The notes under the pieces are model-generated. The model was not told where the DNA came from. It did no database searches and saw only the letters and a list, made by a program, of their open reading frames with translations. Positions 1 to 10,410 of a stretch of 42,465 bases of DNA are shown piece by piece; position 1 is the stretch's first letter; every line of letters starts with the position of its first letter. The translations under genes and the position numbers were made by a program. Origin of the DNA: a virus (Duplodnaviria > Caudoviricetes). The DNA lies in IMG/VR virus record IMGVR_UViG_3300019765_000007, positions 1 through 42,465 of that record. The stretch is one strand, 5' to 3'.

Positions 1-123
1 TAACAAAACCAGGCTGATTTTCTATTTCTCCTTGAGAGTAAAGAATAACAGCTTCTCTAATTGATTGCTCTGGATCATCAGTGCCAGCACTGACCCTAGC
101 AGTAACACGTATTAACATGTTAA
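1..123. repeat. Terminal direct repeat (circular assembly overlap), copy 1
   Basis: Identical to 42343-42465; the baseplate J-like ORF reads in frame across the join. Confidence 0.97.
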
Positions 124-1018
124 CATCTATTGGTCTTTCATAGTTAACAACTGTTGTCTGTCTGCTTTCTGGATCTAGATAGATTTCATCTTCCGAGCCA
201 TTATATCCTGCCCCACCTGTTTTTGCTGTTGATAAGGCTGCTACAATATCAACAGGATCACCACCATCTACATTAACCCAAATACTATTGGCTTTCAGTG
301 TGACTCCGTCAATAATTTGAGTTGAGTTTGTAAAATTTTCCCTAAATACTGCGCTTAACACGCCTTCAACATTACTTACATTGCCTAAGACAGCCGCCGC
401 CAATGATCTCCCTTGCAAACCAAGCTTGTCACGCCTTCTATTTTTGGCGTTTGCTGAGCTTTGGACTAAACGACCCACAACACCAGCGGTAGGATTATTA
501 ACCGTTTCCCAACCCAAAACAGCCGTGACAATCGTGGTAAGCGTGTTTGCGCCAGCTTCAATAGGGCCATTCTCGACACTTTGAAAGTTACCTGTACCGT
601 TGCCGCCAGCATCTAATATGACAGTATTTAACAAGAAAAAATTATCGCCTGCCGTTGTTTGGGCTACGTTGCTTAATCCGCCATTAATAATTGTTCCAGG
701 CACCCCATTTAGGGTCACACCTTTGATTATTGTGGGTTGCGCCGATGTTCTACTATCGCCAGTAAGCGCTAAGATAGCATCCAAAAAAATGCCATCTGAT
801 AAATTAGGGTTTATTTGATTAGCAACTGCTGCATTATTTCTAGCAACACTTTGACGCGAAGTGACTTCAGCATTGATTATAGCGCCTTCCGGCGTTTCAT
901 CATCTGTAACAAAATCATCACCAAAAATTTCCCTGTACTCTTCTCTGGTATCTTCTTGTATCTCAGCAGTGTCAGGTATAATGGTTCCAGTTGATGACAC
1001 ATAGTTATAAGTTGCCAT
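1..1018 (-). CDS. Baseplate J-like wedge protein, 5' part (full gene 1018->1 joined to 42342->42155, 401 aa)
   Basis: Missed by the ORF track. ATG at 1018 gives MATYNYVSSTGTIIPDTAEIQEDTREEYREIFGDDF...NQINPNLSDGIFLDAI; same frame as ORF 42155..42460 after circularisation. Confidence 0.9.
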   Translation of the reverse strand, partial: MATYNYVSSTGTIIPDTAEIQEDTREEYREIFGDDFVTDDETPEGAIINAEVTSRQSVARNNAAVANQINPNLSDGIFLDAILALTGDSRTSAQPTIIKGVTLNGVPGTIINGGLSNVAQTTAGDNFFLLNTVILDAGGNGTGNFQSVENGPIEAGANTLTTIVTAVLGWETVNNPTAGVVGRLVQSSANAKNRRRDKLGLQGRSLAAAVLGNVSNVEGVLSAVFRENFTNSTQIIDGVTLKANSIWVNVDGGDPVDIVAALSTAKTGGAGYNGSEDEIYLDPESRQTTVVNYERPIDVNMLIRVTARVSAGTDDPEQSIREAVILYSQGEIENQPGFV

Positions 1019-1355
1019 TGACCACCCCATTTCCGAATGTTGTTCGTATCACGATATTATAATTTGCTTCATTGTTTGCAATGGTAATATCAAAACTTTC
1101 TATAGCGATAACTTCAGGAATACGCCTAATTTGATTTCGCACTGAATTTTCAAATGATAGCACATTAGGGGAGCCAGAAAATAATGATTGCAGCGTGTTA
1201 ACTCCCCTGTTTTGAGCGTAAATCATTTCTCCCAATTGAGCACGAACAACATGACCTGCATATTGCACAATTGCGTCAAGACCTGTTACCAGAGCAAGCC
1301 TGCCACCTTCTGTAGCAAAAATATCTCTATTTTCATTAACAGCAAATAAAATCAT
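1005..1355 (-). CDS. Baseplate wedge / sheath initiator (gp25-like)
   Basis: 116 aa between spike and J-like gene; GEMIY..RG and IRRIPEVIAIESF pattern. Confidence 0.75.
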   Translation of the reverse strand: MILFAVNENRDIFATEGGRLALVTGLDAIVQYAGHVVRAQLGEMIYAQNRGVNTLQSLFSGSPNVLSFENSVRNQIRRIPEVIAIESFDITIANNEANYNIVIRTTFGNGVVNGNL

Positions 1356-2068
1356 TGTGGTCCGCCTGTATCTAACTGCGTGTCTCCACGGCTATCTACA
1401 CCTTGTGGGTGTGAATGTGTATCACCGACATTTGTTCCATTATGTGTTAATGATGATCCATTGATGCCTGTATTTCCATTTATTGTTGTTGTTGTGCTAT
1501 TTACCGTAAAATTGGGAGCGTTAATATTCACCGCATTTTGACCATTTATATTAATCGTTGGTGCATTCATGTTGATTCTATTGTTGTCTAAAGACAATTT
1601 AACGCTACCATCTCGGTTTTGTATGACCATAGCTTCACTGTCTTCTTCGGCGATAGTGTAGTTTGTCATGACATCAGGAATAAATAAACCTGATGAAAAA
1701 TCATGGACACGCTTGTCATTTGGCGGTTGTACTGAATAGCTCTGTAAAAAAAGGCTTATATCTCTGTCGCTTGCCTTTATCCATCCAAAATCATTAGGCT
1801 GTATGTTGAAGTTAACAAAAAAATCACCAGCACCAAGCACTAAAGCTGGGATGGATGCAACATTTGATCTAGGTACCGTCTCGCCACCTGTCGCTATCAT
1901 CGTTATAAAATGTCGAATCATGACCCTATTAGTATTACGATCATAACTAATAACGTGGCAAGGAAGCATGTCATCAGTACGCATAGCGTGCTTTCTAAGC
2001 GCTATTCTAAGCAATCCTTGCAGGCTATCGTCATCTGATGGGTTGCGGCTTGGAATGTTATTTGTCAT
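1352..2068 (-). CDS. Baseplate central spike (Gp138-like)
   Basis: OB-like N-terminus, R.HDFSSG.FIP motif, beta-helix-like Asn/Ile repeats, C-terminal THSH metal-binding tip. Confidence 0.88.
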   Translation of the reverse strand: MTNNIPSRNPSDDDSLQGLLRIALRKHAMRTDDMLPCHVISYDRNTNRVMIRHFITMIATGGETVPRSNVASIPALVLGAGDFFVNFNIQPNDFGWIKASDRDISLFLQSYSVQPPNDKRVHDFSSGLFIPDVMTNYTIAEEDSEAMVIQNRDGSVKLSLDNNRINMNAPTININGQNAVNINAPNFTVNSTTTTINGNTGINGSSLTHNGTNVGDTHSHPQGVDSRGDTQLDTGGPQ

Positions 2069-2883
2069 AACATGGGTACCGCCTCAGCCGTGTAATAAAA
2101 TGGGGTTTCTCGATTAGCCAAATCATAACTTAATTTGTAAATAATGTAACGACCTGATACCGTTGGGTATTGATTGCTAGTTACATCAAGCATGCCACCT
2201 ACCACAGTTTGAGAATCATAAAAAAATGATATCTTTAAACCTCTATCCGATAATTCAGGCTTTCCAATAATTTCATTTGGCGTTATAACTCTTAACCTGC
2301 CATTTAGCGGTCTATCGCACTGCTTGACAAATAATGTATTGTTATCAATAAAAACATCTATATTACTAAGTAACTCTAATTTTTCTATTTGTCTTTCTGC
2401 ACTACCGTTGTAATTGTAGTTTGCTATATTTTTATCTTCAGCTTCAAACACTAAATCAATACCAAGACTATTAGCAACAGTGCTAGCAATTGTTGATAAC
2501 CTTGTCATGCCAGGCAATGAATTAGCAATAATATTTCCTTTCTGAAATTGTTGCGTTAACGTTTTTATCGTTAAAATCTGGTCAGGTGGTTGTGTTTGCG
2601 ATGATCTAAATACATTGCCAATATAAACAATGCTTGACCCCGTCGACACCCTACCTGCTTCAACAATAATGGTTTTAGGGTTTGGATTGTTATTAAATGG
2701 TCTTGTCTCTGTTAAAATCGATGTTGCCACATCTTCGCTTAAATTAGCGATTTGAACCTCACACGTCCCTTGATTTGGGCCTGCAAACTTTTCTCCTGAC
2801 GCTCTAATAAAGAGATTTTGATAGCTTCTTATAAAGCCATTAACCTCAATGCTGACCCTTAATATTCTATCATCAAGCGGCAT
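2065..2883 (-). CDS. Baseplate hub protein
   Basis: 272 aa; I.NLS and EAG..STG..IVY.G patterns; position before spike. Confidence 0.8.
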   Translation of the reverse strand: MPLDDRILRVSIEVNGFIRSYQNLFIRASGEKFAGPNQGTCEVQIANLSEDVATSILTETRPFNNNPNPKTIIVEAGRVSTGSSIVYIGNVFRSSQTQPPDQILTIKTLTQQFQKGNIIANSLPGMTRLSTIASTVANSLGIDLVFEAEDKNIANYNYNGSAERQIEKLELLSNIDVFIDNNTLFVKQCDRPLNGRLRVITPNEIIGKPELSDRGLKISFFYDSQTVVGGMLDVTSNQYPTVSGRYIIYKLSYDLANRETPFYYTAEAVPML

Positions 2884-3187
2884 TACGTATAGCTTCCAAT
2901 TCTTCTTGCGTCGCGTATATTAAACGCTGGTTAATGCCAAATTGTGTATAATACGGTATTTCATCGTTGTTAGTAATAAAAATAAAATTACCACTTTCTA
3001 AATATCGATAAGGTATTAAGGGGACGCCAGCTAAAACTCGCTGCCCTAATAAAATATTTTCCTCATTGATATCAATTGACACAGCCATGACACCATTGGA
3101 TTCTTTTATTTCAATATCAAATCGATTACCATCAAGCGGTATGTTAAATTCTTGATTTGGCGATGACTGCAAAGGAACTCTAATCAT
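2873..3187 (-). CDS. Small baseplate (plug-like) protein
   Basis: PLQSSPNQEF...PLIPYRYL..GNF...FG.NQ.L.Y pattern; synteny. Confidence 0.75.
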   Translation of the reverse strand: MIRVPLQSSPNQEFNIPLDGNRFDIEIKESNGVMAVSIDINEENILLGQRVLAGVPLIPYRYLESGNFIFITNNDEIPYYTQFGINQRLIYATQEELEAIRNAA

Positions 3188-3735
3188 TAGTTAAAAATCC
3201 CAAATAATATTGAAGATTGATTGGATTGATCTTCTGTTGCCTCAACTCCCGCTTGCTGTCCCCTGTTAACTGTTGATGAATCGTTAGGAAATGCTACGTT
3301 AGCAGTATCTAATCCAGTGACAACGGGGTTAAATATTAGCGCCTGAGTTATCCTGATAATCATTGTTATAGTGTTAAAATATGCTGGATCTTCTTCGCGT
3401 GGAATTGATTCTATATACATATTTTCATGAGTTGCTGTTTTCGTTTGAACTATTAATTGTGTTGCGTCGGTTTTTGCTCTATCAAGCTCAGTGTACAAAT
3501 TTCTATAATTTGCTGATTCGGCAATAATAGCAACTTGCATATTAATGGGTAGATCAATTTTATGATCAATTTGGCTTGCGCCACTTTCTCGCGGGTGAAC
3601 CATAAATTTACTATCATTATTAATAGTTGCTTTTATTGTTCTCGCTGATTGAAATAATTGCAAAGACGTTTCAGCGTCAAATATAGCAAACAAATCACTT
3701 GATGCTGACGGTATCAGCGGATCAGTAATAGCCAT
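3187..3735 (-). CDS. Dit-like baseplate/tube initiator protein
   Basis: HPRESG..QIDH.I..P motif; follows tape measure gene. Confidence 0.75.
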   Translation of the reverse strand: MAITDPLIPSASSDLFAIFDAETSLQLFQSARTIKATINNDSKFMVHPRESGASQIDHKIDLPINMQVAIIAESANYRNLYTELDRAKTDATQLIVQTKTATHENMYIESIPREEDPAYFNTITMIIRITQALIFNPVVTGLDTANVAFPNDSSTVNRGQQAGVEATEDQSNQSSILFGIFN

Positions 3736-5324
3736 TAAGTATCAACTCCATCATCAAATTGACTAGCCGCCTGCTGAATTTGTTCTCTTAATCTGCTACC
3801 AACGTTATTGGATATCTCAGCAGAATCACCTCCGCTTGCATCAACGTTAATGTCACCAAATGACACCGAGCTTGATCTAGTGTTAGTGTTTTGCGTTAAT
3901 ATTGAATTACTTGTTTGGTTGTTTGCTGGATTACTATTAGCGCTAGATAGTTTTGCATTGCTAACATCCAACAGTCGATTAACGTTTATATTTCTTTCTG
4001 TTATGTCATCACCGTCAGCTATTTCCTTTAGCGCCTCTTGGCTTTCATCGCTATTATTTCCGCCGAAAATAAATTCACCAATTTGTCTGGCACCTTTAAA
4101 TAAGGTGCCTATAATTGGTATATTATTTTCAATAAAATTAAATATTTCTTCTACTAATCCATATAACTCTTTTACTGCTGTTTCTGGATCAGAAAATATT
4201 TTTACTAGTGCAGATCCTAATCTAGATGCAAAATCTATTAATGATCTTATATCATCAACAAAACCTTTTACTAATTCACCCACTATAGGATATTTTTCGC
4301 TTATTTGTCCTATTAACGAATCATTACCGTTAATGAAATTATTAATATCATCGTATAATAAAGCAAATGCTGCTGATATTGCCGTAACGATACCTATAAA
4401 TAAAAGATAAGGGGACAATGCTGCATACGTTGCTTTACCTGCTGCCAAAATAGCCGGTAAATAATAAGTCGTTATTGATCCTGCAAGCGTAACGAAAAAT
4501 GCTTTCACAAAGTCTTCATTTTCATCAAGAAACATAATAAAAGAACTGACACCTTTTAAAATGTTATTTAATGATGGAATTAATGAAACCAAAGCCTCTA
4601 CACTGATTGATCTAAATAATTGTTTGGCATTAGCCCATTGATCATTAAATGATGCTACAGCTTTAGATTGTTCTTCTGTTAAAACACCTAACCCTCTCAT
4701 TTCTGAGACTAGGCTTTCAACGCCAACTTTACCTTGCTGTAATAGCAAGATAGTCCCTTGATTTAATCCCAATTGTTGACCAAACGCGAAAGATTGCTCT
4801 GGCGATAATCTTTCAAATGATTCTGCTAAATCTGGTAATATATCAAAAGCAGATTTTATTTTACCGCTAGCATCAAAGGCTGATATGCCTAACCTTGAAA
4901 ATATTTCAATAGCTGGACCGCTACCATTTAATTGAAAATCAGTTAGACCTTGTGTTAATGATTCAACAGATGATTTAAAACTATCCATTGATCCGCCACT
5001 TCTTATAACAGCTTCACCCCATGCATTAACATCTTCAACATTTACGCCTAAAGCCTGACTAAACTTTCCCAGTTGATCTATATTTTCTGCTTGACTTAAA
5101 AGACCATAAGCTAATCCAGCTAAAGATAATAAACCTATAATTTTTGCAGATGAATCATTAACAAAACCTAAAAATGTTTTACCTAATTCATCAGAAGCTT
5201 TTTCTAAATCAAGAAGGCTTTTTTCTGTTTCCTTTGCCTTTTTATCTGTTTTATCCAATCCTCTTTCAAGTTCTTGGCCTTCGGATTCATAGACTATTGA
5301 AAAAGCTTCTAAAATACTAGACAT
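3735..5324 (-). CDS. Tail tape measure protein
   Basis: 529 aa helical protein with a central hydrophobic segment, located after the chaperones. Confidence 0.88.
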   Translation of the reverse strand: MSSILEAFSIVYESEGQELERGLDKTDKKAKETEKSLLDLEKASDELGKTFLGFVNDSSAKIIGLLSLAGLAYGLLSQAENIDQLGKFSQALGVNVEDVNAWGEAVIRSGGSMDSFKSSVESLTQGLTDFQLNGSGPAIEIFSRLGISAFDASGKIKSAFDILPDLAESFERLSPEQSFAFGQQLGLNQGTILLLQQGKVGVESLVSEMRGLGVLTEEQSKAVASFNDQWANAKQLFRSISVEALVSLIPSLNNILKGVSSFIMFLDENEDFVKAFFVTLAGSITTYYLPAILAAGKATYAALSPYLLFIGIVTAISAAFALLYDDINNFINGNDSLIGQISEKYPIVGELVKGFVDDIRSLIDFASRLGSALVKIFSDPETAVKELYGLVEEIFNFIENNIPIIGTLFKGARQIGEFIFGGNNSDESQEALKEIADGDDITERNINVNRLLDVSNAKLSSANSNPANNQTSNSILTQNTNTRSSSVSFGDINVDASGGDSAEISNNVGSRLREQIQQAASQFDDGVDT

Positions 5325-5568
5325 TATTATTCATCTTCTTTTTTGCTGATTTAACAGCATAAAATTCATTGACTCTTTTGACTATAATCGTTTCCCACAT
5401 GTACATTACATCTTCAAAAGAATAAACTGTTTTTAATTCGTGTCTTGTGCAGAGTCCTTCTGTTGTAATGACTGCGCTAATTGGGTCAACGTTTTTGTAA
5501 TTAATGCCGGTAAATCCTTCATCCATTCCTGCTGGAATTCTTGGACTTTCCCAGCTATGGAAAAACCC
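5317..5568 (-). CDS. Tail assembly chaperone, -1 frameshift extension (gpT-like)
   Basis: -1 frame open from slippery G GGT TTT (5568-5562) to stop at 5317; NVD..SAVITTEGL.T.HELKTVYS.ED...WE motif. Confidence 0.7.
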   Translation of the reverse strand, partial: GFFHSWESPRIPAGMDEGFTGINYKNVDPISAVITTEGLCTRHELKTVYSFEDVMYMWETIIVKRVNEFYAVKSAKKKMNNNV

Positions 5569-5876
5569 ATATTGTATTCCAGACTTGCCGCCTCCAATTT
5601 AACGGGCGTAAAAAAATCATTAGGCACATGATTATTTATTAATGCATCAGTTTCTAATGTTTGGAAATTATCACCAATTTTAACGGCAACGTATTTAAAA
5701 ATCTTTCTCGATAAAGCTTCATTCGCTTTATAATCACCGATTTTAGGCGCTGCTGTAGAAATAAATTGCGTGCATATTTCTCTGCCATCTGGCATATACG
5801 GATACTTACCAAGATAGTAAGTTCTTTCGATGCCATCTTTACCAGTTATTTTTACCTCTTTTTTCTCAATCAGCAT
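5433..5876 (-). CDS. Tail assembly chaperone (gpG-like)
   Basis: Between tube and tape measure genes; overlapped by a second frame. Confidence 0.8.
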   Translation of the reverse strand: MLIEKKEVKITGKDGIERTYYLGKYPYMPDGREICTQFISTAAPKIGDYKANEALSRKIFKYVAVKIGDNFQTLETDALINNHVPNDFFTPVKLEAASLEYNMGFSIAGKVQEFQQEWMKDLPALITKTLTQLAQSLQQKDSAQDTN

Positions 5877-6322
5877 CAGCTATCACCTTTATTTTCAAAA
5901 GCAAAAGTATATGTTTTTGACTTTTTACGCTTGCTACTGGCAATAGATGAAAATGGAATACCGTTAGTGATATTACCATTAATCAAGCGTGTCACCGTAC
6001 CATCTGGATAGACAACAGTGGCGTTAATAATATCAGCGGTGACAACTTTTCCGCGTCCAGGTCTATTATTTTCAAATAAAATGGCAAGGTTTCTATCATC
6101 ATCAGAATCTGGAATTAATGATAGCGTCATTGGTATTTTATTGGCAACAGACCAAACAATATGGTCACCATTTAAACCCATGGACCCATCGGCTATTTGC
6201 AAATCTGGGCCATCAAGTGGATCTGCATCATCAGCAAATTGTGTGAGTGTTATGCCAGCCGGAAAAGTATCGCTTGCTGTTAGCACGACTCGTAATCCAA
6301 AACCAGAAATTCCTACAGTCAT
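5876..6322 (-). CDS. Tail tube protein
   Basis: ISGFG...[16 protein letters not shown] motif; follows sheath gene. Confidence 0.85.
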   Translation of the reverse strand: MTVGISGFGLRVVLTASDTFPAGITLTQFADDADPLDGPDLQIADGSMGLNGDHIVWSVANKIPMTLSLIPDSDDDRNLAILFENNRPGRGKVVTADIINATVVYPDGTVTRLINGNITNGIPFSSIASSKRKKSKTYTFAFENKGDS

Positions 6323-6335
6323 TTTTTTAAACCTC

Positions 6336-7832
6336 TTAGATTAGAATCTGTGAACCAACAACGCGGCGTATGACATCATCTTTGCTATAAATTAATGTAT
6401 AGCGAGCAAAAAATTCTGTTACACCATTATTCACTTCACTTTCAACAAATGCATTTAACCAAAAACCTGCATTCCGTACCTGCTGGAATGCTAACGGATC
6501 ACCTGTTATCTGTGATATAAATGCAATTTGTGTTGAGTTTAATGGTTTATTTGTTGTAATTGTCCCATTAATTAATGCTTGATCTGTTACCGGCGTTATA
6601 GCTGATAAAATTTGCGCTCTGCCTGCTTCGTTGGCAGAAACTTCAGGAAGTGCAAGCAGTAAATTACCCAAGCTTGACCCTATTGCATCTTTTAACCATT
6701 GCTCATTAGCATAAACATTCATATTAACTGGGTCAGTGGATATCCCCTGTAAAAATCCACGCTGATAAAATGAAATATTTTGTCCTGCTGTTTGAGTGAC
6801 ACCATAATAATTAATTTGTAATGCATCAAGCATGTTAGCAACTTCCGATGTTGACACTTTTGGGGTCAAGTTAAACATATTGAACATATAATTCTGACTG
6901 CTTGCGCGTCTATCATAATCAGTTGCGGCAAGGATTGAAGCCGGTGACTGCTCGTCGTATTCATTGGGGAAATTTGTTAAATCAACTAACGTTAATCCGA
7001 CACCTCTAATATTTTGTAGAGGGTCTTGTGTTGTTGCTGCATCAGCTAATTCGACGGGTACATGATATTGAAATTGCACATTTCTTGTTGCATTCCAAGT
7101 AGCTGCTTCAACAATTTCATCAAGCGTTAATGCGCTCGCTGTGGTGAAAACAAATGATCCAAAATTATTAGACATTTCAGCGCTATCACTCAGCACATCA
7201 GTGACTGATTGCATGGTAATACCATTGCTAAATATAGCATTGACACCCCAACCAATACTGTTAACAATATCACCGCCGATAATTGAAACGGTATTATTAC
7301 CTGTCTCACCTCCTGTTAACTCAAATCTAGCATCAACAGCGTTATAATTCACAACAGCCATAGTAAATATATTGCCAAGACCTGTTCTAATCGCTGTTTG
7401 CAATATACTGGCAACATCGGCAAGACTTATCGCGGTAGAAAAATCGATATTTGCTAAGTTTAAAATGGCGCCACCCATTTCAATATCTAAAGTGCCATTT
7501 GTGATGGCCTGCAATGTTGCCAATGGTGCCGGCGTGTTACCAAATATTTGTGGAGCCGTATCAACATCAGCCCAACGTGAAAAAGAAATTCGTTGAGGTG
7601 ATGTCGCTAGCTTACTGACAAATCCAAAATAAAAAGATGACCTCATAAATTCTTCGGAAGAAGAACCAAAATAATCACTGACATCATCTGCTGATGTAAA
7701 TTCAATAATTGAATTAGTTGGTATGAGTTCATTTGTTGTAAAAATGCGCAGCAAAAATTCTCGTCGCGGTACTGCTTGACCACCGCCAACCGCTGAGGTA
7801 ATTAAAATATATCTATCAAATGGTATAGCCAT
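6336..7832 (-). CDS. Tail sheath protein (DUF3383-like)
   Basis: 498 aa; F.SADDV..YFG..SEE, NYYG.TQ.AG....FYQRG and Y.NEQWLKD motifs. Confidence 0.92.
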   Translation of the reverse strand: MAIPFDRYILITSAVGGGQAVPRREFLLRIFTTNELIPTNSIIEFTSADDVSDYFGSSSEEFMRSSFYFGFVSKLATSPQRISFSRWADVDTAPQIFGNTPAPLATLQAITNGTLDIEMGGAILNLANIDFSTAISLADVASILQTAIRTGLGNIFTMAVVNYNAVDARFELTGGETGNNTVSIIGGDIVNSIGWGVNAIFSNGITMQSVTDVLSDSAEMSNNFGSFVFTTASALTLDEIVEAATWNATRNVQFQYHVPVELADAATTQDPLQNIRGVGLTLVDLTNFPNEYDEQSPASILAATDYDRRASSQNYMFNMFNLTPKVSTSEVANMLDALQINYYGVTQTAGQNISFYQRGFLQGISTDPVNMNVYANEQWLKDAIGSSLGNLLLALPEVSANEAGRAQILSAITPVTDQALINGTITTNKPLNSTQIAFISQITGDPLAFQQVRNAGFWLNAFVESEVNNGVTEFFARYTLIYSKDDVIRRVVGSQILI

Positions 7833-7834
7833 GA

Positions 7835-9655
7835 TTAAACCCTTTCAATTTGATGGTCAATACGTTGCACTTTTGGCTGTGTTGTTAATTTTTCTACTTT
7901 ATAAATAAAGGTTAGATCAAAAGATGATTCTTGCTCATTTCTTTCTCTTTCATCAATAAAATAACCATCTCTAACCGTGGTAATCTTTTCTATTCCTACA
8001 TTATTATTACACAATTCTCTTACTGTGCTTTGTAATGTAAAAATATCTGCCGCTGCTTGTGCCAAGTCTGATGCTGTTAATTGTTCAATATTGGCAGGAT
8101 TTCTAATACTCAAAGCCGTGAACTGATATTGAGACAATCTATAATTGATATTTCTTACGTCAAAATTATCATTGTTAGCATTATAAATTTGTTTTTCTCC
8201 TGTATATCCATATCGATGTGTGTTTAATTTATGGATATAAATGGCAGGCCCGCTAACAATGCCGGATTGCCTTGGCTGATAACTTTGCTTTACTGTAACG
8301 CCTTCGATATTACAATCAATCAACCCTTGCTTTAAAATAGCTATAATAACGCGTATTAGTGAATTATCATCTTTTACGATCGGGAAAATACTACCAATCG
8401 TTATTGATGATGCGAAGCCAACATCATCAAGATTCAAGTTTAATCCGACAACCAATTCATTATCGAAATTTACTTGTGATTGAAATCCAACATCATCTAA
8501 TTGTAGATTTAAACCAATAGTTACAGCATTTAAAAAATTAATTTCCGACTGAAAACCAACATCATCAAGATTTAAATTTAAATCGACTGTTAAAGGATCT
8601 AAAAAATTAATCTCAGATTGAAAACCAATGTCATCAGCAGCAAATTGTAAATCAACAGTCAATCCAACATCTTCACCGGCCTGAGCTATATAAAATGCGC
8701 CTGGGTCGTTTTGGTTATTAAATTCTGTTTCAATTAAATCACTATCAATAATCCCTGATCTTGCTTGCACTAATCCTACGTCTTCATTAGTAGCAAATCC
8801 AACAGTAGTTAATCCACCTGCGCCGCGATATCCAATTCTAAATGGCACGCCTGGCGCATCATCAAATAAAGCGCCAATGGCTGTTAATTCTAATTGGCCG
8901 TTGACATAAATATTCAGATCAGCATTAAATAAACAATCGATTCTGATCCATCCAGATGATTGAGTGTTGGGTATAGTTCTTGTTGTTGTATCTGATCCAA
9001 CAATTTGAAGGTCTAACCCTATTCCTGTATTTCTAAAAACTTGATAACTAATATCATTGTTATCACGTATGCCAAACAAAGTACCGTTTGCAGTAGTTTG
9101 AGACCAGCACGTGATTGAAATGCCTGTCCCTTTTCTTAGCGCGGTAACGTCTTGTAATCGATATCTTGGAGACCTTGTGGCAGGCCCGCCCCATGAATTT
9201 ATTACTTGCGTTCCTGCGCCTTCAGTATCTAATACAACAAGGTTGCCGCTTGAATCAAGCGGTCCATAGGTGTTTTGCACAAATCCACTACCGGCCCAAG
9301 TGTCATTGCGGCCAAATGGGTCTGCTGGTGCGGGCTGCACTTCGCCTGGATTCCCGCACCATATATAAATTGGTGGGGTGCCAAGGTTGTCAACATCATG
9401 TAAAACAAATATTTGGCCTGTTTCGGCGACTGTATCCCATGATGTGACTTGTATGGGTATTTGATTAGCGCCATTAATATCAGTGCTGGCGCGCAGATCA
9501 CCTCCGCCATTATCAGAATTGGAAAAAATATCACTGGCATTAACAGAAAATGATTGCTCTGTTAACAATCCAACATAGCCGATATGACTACCAACGATTA
9601 ACCCTTGCGTAGGGTCAACCCTGTAACGTCTTGACCAGCCGTCAGGGAACGCCAT
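7835..9655 (-). CDS. Tail terminator fused behind DUF2341-like and LamG-like domains and 4x23-aa repeats
   Basis: C-terminal ~180 aa (DNSLIRVII..LKQG...V.QSYQP.Q.G...F.DE.ER.EQ..SFD) in terminator position before the sheath gene; N-terminal GGDLR..D..G.NQIP and IYIW.GNP; YVNGQL LamG-like motif. Confidence 0.75.
   Translation of the reverse strand: MAFPDGWSRRYRVDPTQGLIVGSHIGYVGLLTEQSFSVNASDIFSNSDNGGGDLRASTDINGANQIPIQVTSWDTVAETGQIFVLHDVDNLGTPPIYIWCGNPGEVQPAPADPFGRNDTWAGSGFVQNTYGPLDSSGNLVVLDTEGAGTQVINSWGGPATRSPRYRLQDVTALRKGTGISITCWSQTTANGTLFGIRDNNDISYQVFRNTGIGLDLQIVGSDTTTRTIPNTQSSGWIRIDCLFNADLNIYVNGQLELTAIGALFDDAPGVPFRIGYRGAGGLTTVGFATNEDVGLVQARSGIIDSDLIETEFNNQNDPGAFYIAQAGEDVGLTVDLQFAADDIGFQSEINFLDPLTVDLNLNLDDVGFQSEINFLNAVTIGLNLQLDDVGFQSQVNFDNELVVGLNLNLDDVGFASSITIGSIFPIVKDDNSLIRVIIAILKQGLIDCNIEGVTVKQSYQPRQSGIVSGPAIYIHKLNTHRYGYTGEKQIYNANNDNFDVRNINYRLSQYQFTALSIRNPANIEQLTASDLAQAAADIFTLQSTVRELCNNNVGIEKITTVRDGYFIDERERNEQESSFDLTFIYKVEKLTTQPKVQRIDHQIERV
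8387..8662 (-). repeat. Four imperfect 69-bp (23-aa) coding repeats
   Basis: LTVDLQFAADDIGFQSEINFLDP / LTVDLNLNLDDVGFQSEINFLNA / VTIGLNLQLDDVGFQSQVNFDNE / LVVGLNLNLDDVGFASSITIGSI. Confidence 0.9.
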
Positions 9656-10039
9656 TTATAAATTACCGCCGGTAATCACTATGTTATTAAATACAGATGA
9701 TTGTCCAGCCGTGACGTTTGTTGAGCTTAATATCAGCTCAGATGCCAAACCATCAGCAACAAAATTGTCATCACCGTCTACCAATCGATACCAGGTAATA
9801 GTGCCTGTCATGGCAACGTTAGCGCCTGTAATTGCATTTGATATCATCATTTCGCTTGCTGGTGTTTGAAATGATGGATCAGAAAAGGTTCCTGTTACCA
9901 AAATGTTGGTAAGCGCGCCCCCCTTTGGCGGAGGCGTGCCATCAAGCAAATAAAATCTTCCAGGTGTCGCGGCTGCATCAACACTGTCAGCAATTTGCTG
10001 TAATCGTTGATGAATAAGGTTTGTATTAAAACTTGGCAT
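9656..10039 (-). CDS. Small beta-rich virion fibre/collar-associated protein
   Basis: G....L.G.PP..GGA.T..L, TGT.TWYR.VDG....V.DG and L.LSST.V.AGQ pattern of a widespread ~125-aa phage structural family. Confidence 0.65.
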   Translation of the reverse strand: MPSFNTNLIHQRLQQIADSVDAAATPGRFYLLDGTPPPKGGALTNILVTGTFSDPSFQTPASEMMISNAITGANVAMTGTITWYRLVDGDDNFVADGLASELILSSTNVTAGQSSVFNNIVITGGNL

Positions 10040-10041
10040 TG

Positions 10042-10410
10042 TTAATTCTCCACGACTTCAACCGCTAAAATTTGGTCCCATTTATCAAGCTCGAACCATT
10101 CATCTTCGCCGATAACTTGCCAAATTCTATTGTTGTATAAAATTCTGTCCCCTGCTGAATTTCTAGCAACGTCTTTTAAGTTTTCCTCTACCCAAATTTC
10201 GATAACTCGCTTATTAAAGTCAAGACCAAGCTCTTTTACTTGGGAGCGCTCGACGGGCTGGATGCTTCCTGATAATGGAATTGGACTAGAAAAATTTTGT
10301 ATATCTAATCCAAGCTCATTCGTTGTTATTGATAGCAACTGTTGATATTGAAAGGCTTGTCTATTGATAACAGTTAACGCTAAATTTAATAGATTGCCAC
10401 CGGGAAACAT
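10042..10410 (-). CDS. Head closure / neck protein
   Basis: PG.NLL..AL..I, GSIQPV.....LGLD and R..AGDR motifs; synteny. Confidence 0.75.
   Translation of the reverse strand: MFPGGNLLNLALTVINRQAFQYQQLLSITTNELGLDIQNFSSPIPLSGSIQPVERSQVKELGLDFNKRVIEIWVEENLKDVARNSAGDRILYNNRIWQVIGEDEWFELDKWDQILAVEVVEN

Noticed and set aside
1-123. Terminal repeat as the physical genome end
   Set aside because: It falls mid-gene and has the look of an assembler overlap; the P22-like TerS suggests headful packaging.
5546-5552. Lambda-type GGGAAAG slippery site
   Set aside because: Read as GGG AAA G in the chaperone frame, which is the wrong phase for X XXY YYZ slippage.
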